Assembly: GCA_965140785.1 (NCBI GenBank)
Contig: OZ223514.1
Coordinates: 32,001 to 96,000 of the forward strand
Direction of reading: 5' to 3'
DNA length: 64,000 nt
Origin: an uncultured Ruficoccus sp.
GTDB lineage: Bacteria; Verrucomicrobiota; Verrucomicrobiia; Opitutales; Cerasicoccaceae
Positions within the stretch are counted from its first letter, which is position 1. The number at the start of each line of letters is the position of its first letter. The position numbers and the translations under genes were made by a program. The notes beneath the pieces are model-generated. The model did not search any database. It was given only the letters and a program-made list of their open reading frames with translations, and had not been told where the DNA came from. Of this stretch, positions 61,463-64,000 are shown piece after piece.

Positions 61463-62011
61463 CTATCGGCGAACGCGTCGGCGAAGGAAGGCACATCCGA
61501 TCGCTGCCAGACCGAGCCCGAGCGCGTAGGTCGAGACTTCGGGCACCTGGACGGCGCTCATGTACACGGTGTTGTTCCCGCTGTCAGAGATGAAGGTGGC
61601 CGACTGCCCGTTGCTCAGGCCGAGGTCGGCCAGCGACTTGTCGTTAAAAGTCAGGCTGCCGGAGATGGCCTGGCCCTCGACATAGCCGTCCGGGGCGTCA
61701 ATGCCGTTGTCACTGAAACCGAAGCTATCGCCATCCTGCTCGTCGGCAATGCTTAAACTCCAGGGGGCTGGGTCGAGTTCGAAGAAATCGCTGTCTGTGT
61801 CGTAATTGCCGTTGTAGGCAAAGAATCCGTAGTCGGTGAGCATGGCATTAGGCCCGGATCCCTCAAAGCTAAAGCTGTCCCACGAACCGGAGTAGGAGGC
61901 GATCGTATCACCCGTCGATTAGTTGTAGCTGAAGGTGAGATTGATCGCCGCAAAGGATGGCGTAATGCTAAGTGCGATAATGGACAGAGTGGCGAGTAGC
62001 TTAGCTTTCAT
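61463..62011 (-). pseudogene. PEP-CTERM-type surface protein interrupted by an in-frame TAA
   Basis: MKAKLLATLSIIALSITPSFA|AINLTFSYN*(61919-61921)STGDTIASYSGSW... runs in frame to VPEVSTYALGLGLAAIGCAFLRRRVRR. Confidence 0.8.
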
Positions 62012-62431
62012 TGTGTCTTTATTGATAATGGCTTTAAGTGAGCACACAGTTAGCATTAAGGCTCTATAGCTAGTCAAATGAATATTTATAGCTTGCATAA
62101 GAGGTGCTTGCCGGGTGACGGGCCTCACTGGCAGCGGTCAAGGGTAGAACGCCGCTCTGACGTCGGCTCTGATTGGGACTTCGGGAGGAGATTTGATCCT
62201 GTTTGCCAAACGCCCCATCTAGCCTGCCTCGCTGAGTTTCGGTCCGTTTTTCGTGTCCCCGACTACGACAGATAGCGAACCGAAAAATGGACACATGCGG
62301 AGCATTTGGGGCATAGCCTCGAGCCAGCAGGTGAATCAAACCTTGATTCGTCTCGAAGCCCGGAAACGCTCTTAAAACCAGCCGTCTCCGGCTCGTTTTC
62401 TGTTCTGTAAAAACAGCCTAGTCCCCGCGGC

Positions 62432-64000
62432 CTAATCCTTCGACGGGTCTTCAGGGGCGGCCTCGACCGTGAAGGCGGTCTGGGCGACGCCGCGGTTGCC
62501 GGACTCGTCGAGGACTTCGACCACGATGCTGTGCGGGCCGGGCTTGGGGCTGTCGAGCTGAATGCGGAAGATTTCGTCCTGCGCGTCAAAGATGCCGTCC
62601 TCGGGCTGGATGTTAACCGGGTCGGCGCCGTCGAGCACGTAGCGGGCGGCGGTGAGGATGCTGGTCTTGTCCGAGGCGGAGAAGACCAGCACGGTGTTGT
62701 CCGCGTTGCGCTTCTGGGCTTCCAGCGTGACGGACGGGTTGGTGTTGTCCACGAGGAAGGGCTGGCTGAGCTTGAAGCCGGTGCGGGCTTCTCCGGGCGG
62801 GTTGCTCGGCTGGTCGGAGGCGGTGACCTTGAGGCGGTAGTAGCCGTCGGCCAGGCCGCGTGTGTTGAAGGAGTAAACGTTCTCCTGCAACTGGTCGGTC
62901 AGTGTGACCCAGTCGGTAGCGTTCTCGGCCTTGACGGCGACGGCATAGACCAGATCGTCCCCGTTGGGGTCGTAGGCGCGCCACCCGGCGGAGAAGTACC
63001 CGGCCTCGCCCAGTGGGCGGATCTGGCGCCTGGGCGGGGGCTCCTGGTCGAAGCTGCCGGGCTCGGCGCCCCCGGTGAGCTGGGAGAGGTTGATCGCTCC
63101 GGCCTTGGGCGGGATGGTGACGACGGTCAGGCCGATGGGCAGCAGGTTGACCCGGTTGATAATGGGGGCGCCGTTGTGAGCGGTGTAAAAGAGTCGCACG
63201 CCGCGCAGCACCGCGTCGGGCTGGTCAAAGTCGGCCTTGTACTGGAGGTAGCGGCCCGGCGGGCTCGTGATCGTGCGCTCGCGCAGGGGGGTCCAGTCGG
63301 TCCAGGTCGCGTCCGGATCGGGGGTGTTGCCGGTGCGGGTCTCCCAGGAGAGACCGGCGATTTCCTGGGTGGGGCTGGCGAAGAGGCGCAGCGCCCCCCA
63401 GTTGGCGGTGAGCTTGGCGTCCACCGGCTCGGAGGTGAGGGAGCCCTTCTCGGCCGGGCGACCGGCGAGCTTGTAAACCGCGCCGGGATTGCTGCTGAGC
63501 ACGTAGAGCGCGCCGTCCTCGCCGGGGACGGGGACCAGGCCGGTGATTTCGCCCCCGCTTTCAGCACACTGGATGAGTTTCCACTGGCTCAGGTCGGTGA
63601 CTTGGAAGAGGCTGCCGTTTTCGCTCGCCCCGACGGTGAAGGAGCCGTCCGCGTTGACCCGGAAGGCGCTGATGTTCATACTGACCGGCGACCACAGCGG
63701 CTCGGCGAAGCCGTCGGCCCCGATCTTGAACAACAGGCTGGGCGCGGTGGCGGCGGCGGGTTCTTTGGGGTCGTCCTTGTCCGAGCCGTTGCGGGAGCTG
63801 TCGGAGCCGTCGTAAAGTTTTTCCAGCACGTCGGGCAGATCCTGAACGCTGCCGGGTTTGTCCTTGTCGCTTTTCTTCCCCTGGATGTGCAGGGTGGAAA
63901 AGTACACGACACCGTCTTCGCCGGCGCTGATGCCGGAGATTTCGTCCGTCCCGGCGTTGTAAATGACGGTGCCGGTGCCGTCGGGAGCGATCCGGTACAC
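62432..64000 (-). CDS. Large hypothetical protein, beta-propeller-like + Ig/FN3-like C-terminus (5' end outside window)
   Basis: Beta-repeat segments, TRTGNT..PD.TW.DW, PGRYLQY, DPNGDDL.Y, DG.Y...VTASD, DGIFD. Confidence 0.75.
   Translation of the reverse strand: MYRIAPDGTGTVIYNAGTDEISGISAGEDGVVYFSTLHIQGKKSDKDKPGSVQDLPDVLEKLYDGSDSSRNGSDKDDPKEPAAATAPSLLFKIGADGFAEPLWSPVSMNISAFRVNADGSFTVGASENGSLFQVTDLSQWKLIQCAESGGEITGLVPVPGEDGALYVLSSNPGAVYKLAGRPAEKGSLTSEPVDAKLTANWGALRLFASPTQEIAGLSWETRTGNTPDPDATWTDWTPLRERTITSPPGRYLQYKADFDQPDAVLRGVRLFYTAHNGAPIINRVNLLPIGLTVVTIPPKAGAINLSQLTGGAEPGSFDQEPPPRRQIRPLGEAGYFSAGWRAYDPNGDDLVYAVAVKAENATDWVTLTDQLQENVYSFNTRGLADGYYRLKVTASDQPSNPPGEARTGFKLSQPFLVDNTNPSVTLEAQKRNADNTVLVFSASDKTSILTAARYVLDGADPVNIQPEDGIFDAQDEIFRIQLDSPKPGPHSIVVEVLDESGNRGVAQTAFTVEAAPEDPSKD

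Noticed and set aside
61919..61921. Stop-codon recoding (Sec/Pyl or alternative genetic code)
   Set aside because: The codon is TAA, which terminates many genes in this window. No recoding signal seen.

Overview
GC-rich core-chromosome window, most likely from a Verrucomicrobiota (Opitutales/Puniceicoccaceae-like) bacterium. This placement is inferred from the PVC-type L28, DapL, PEP-CTERM genes and intergenic repeat style. It holds about 58 CDSs, mostly housekeeping: rpmB, dxs/xseB, sufS/sufU, hisF, dapL, panC, nadB, panE, trpA, waaA, pqqL, dps, miaA, ppiD-like, aat, accA, amtB/glnK and aspS. I saw no rRNA, tRNA, CRISPR array, transposase or prophage. Most notable: (1) a family of at least 7 dispersed multi-hairpin elements with compensatory base changes, mostly anchored at stop codons; (2) two ~167 bp CTAG-flanked MITEs; (3) inverted octamer/nonamer intergenic repeats; (4) an HpsJ-like gene beside a thioester-domain-like surface protein with a variant VPFGVNP sorting tail; (5) a WspR-type receiver fused to a SpoIIE phosphatase beside an anti-sigma kinase; (6) a PlcP/Agt-like lipid-remodelling pair with Pho-box-like repeats; (7) a SufU lacking two canonical cysteines; (8) a PEP-CTERM gene with one in-frame stop. 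A dense cluster of frameshifts at about 48-53.5 kb, which includes the essential accA, most likely reflects sequencing or consensus error. All family assignments come from motif recognition, not database searches.
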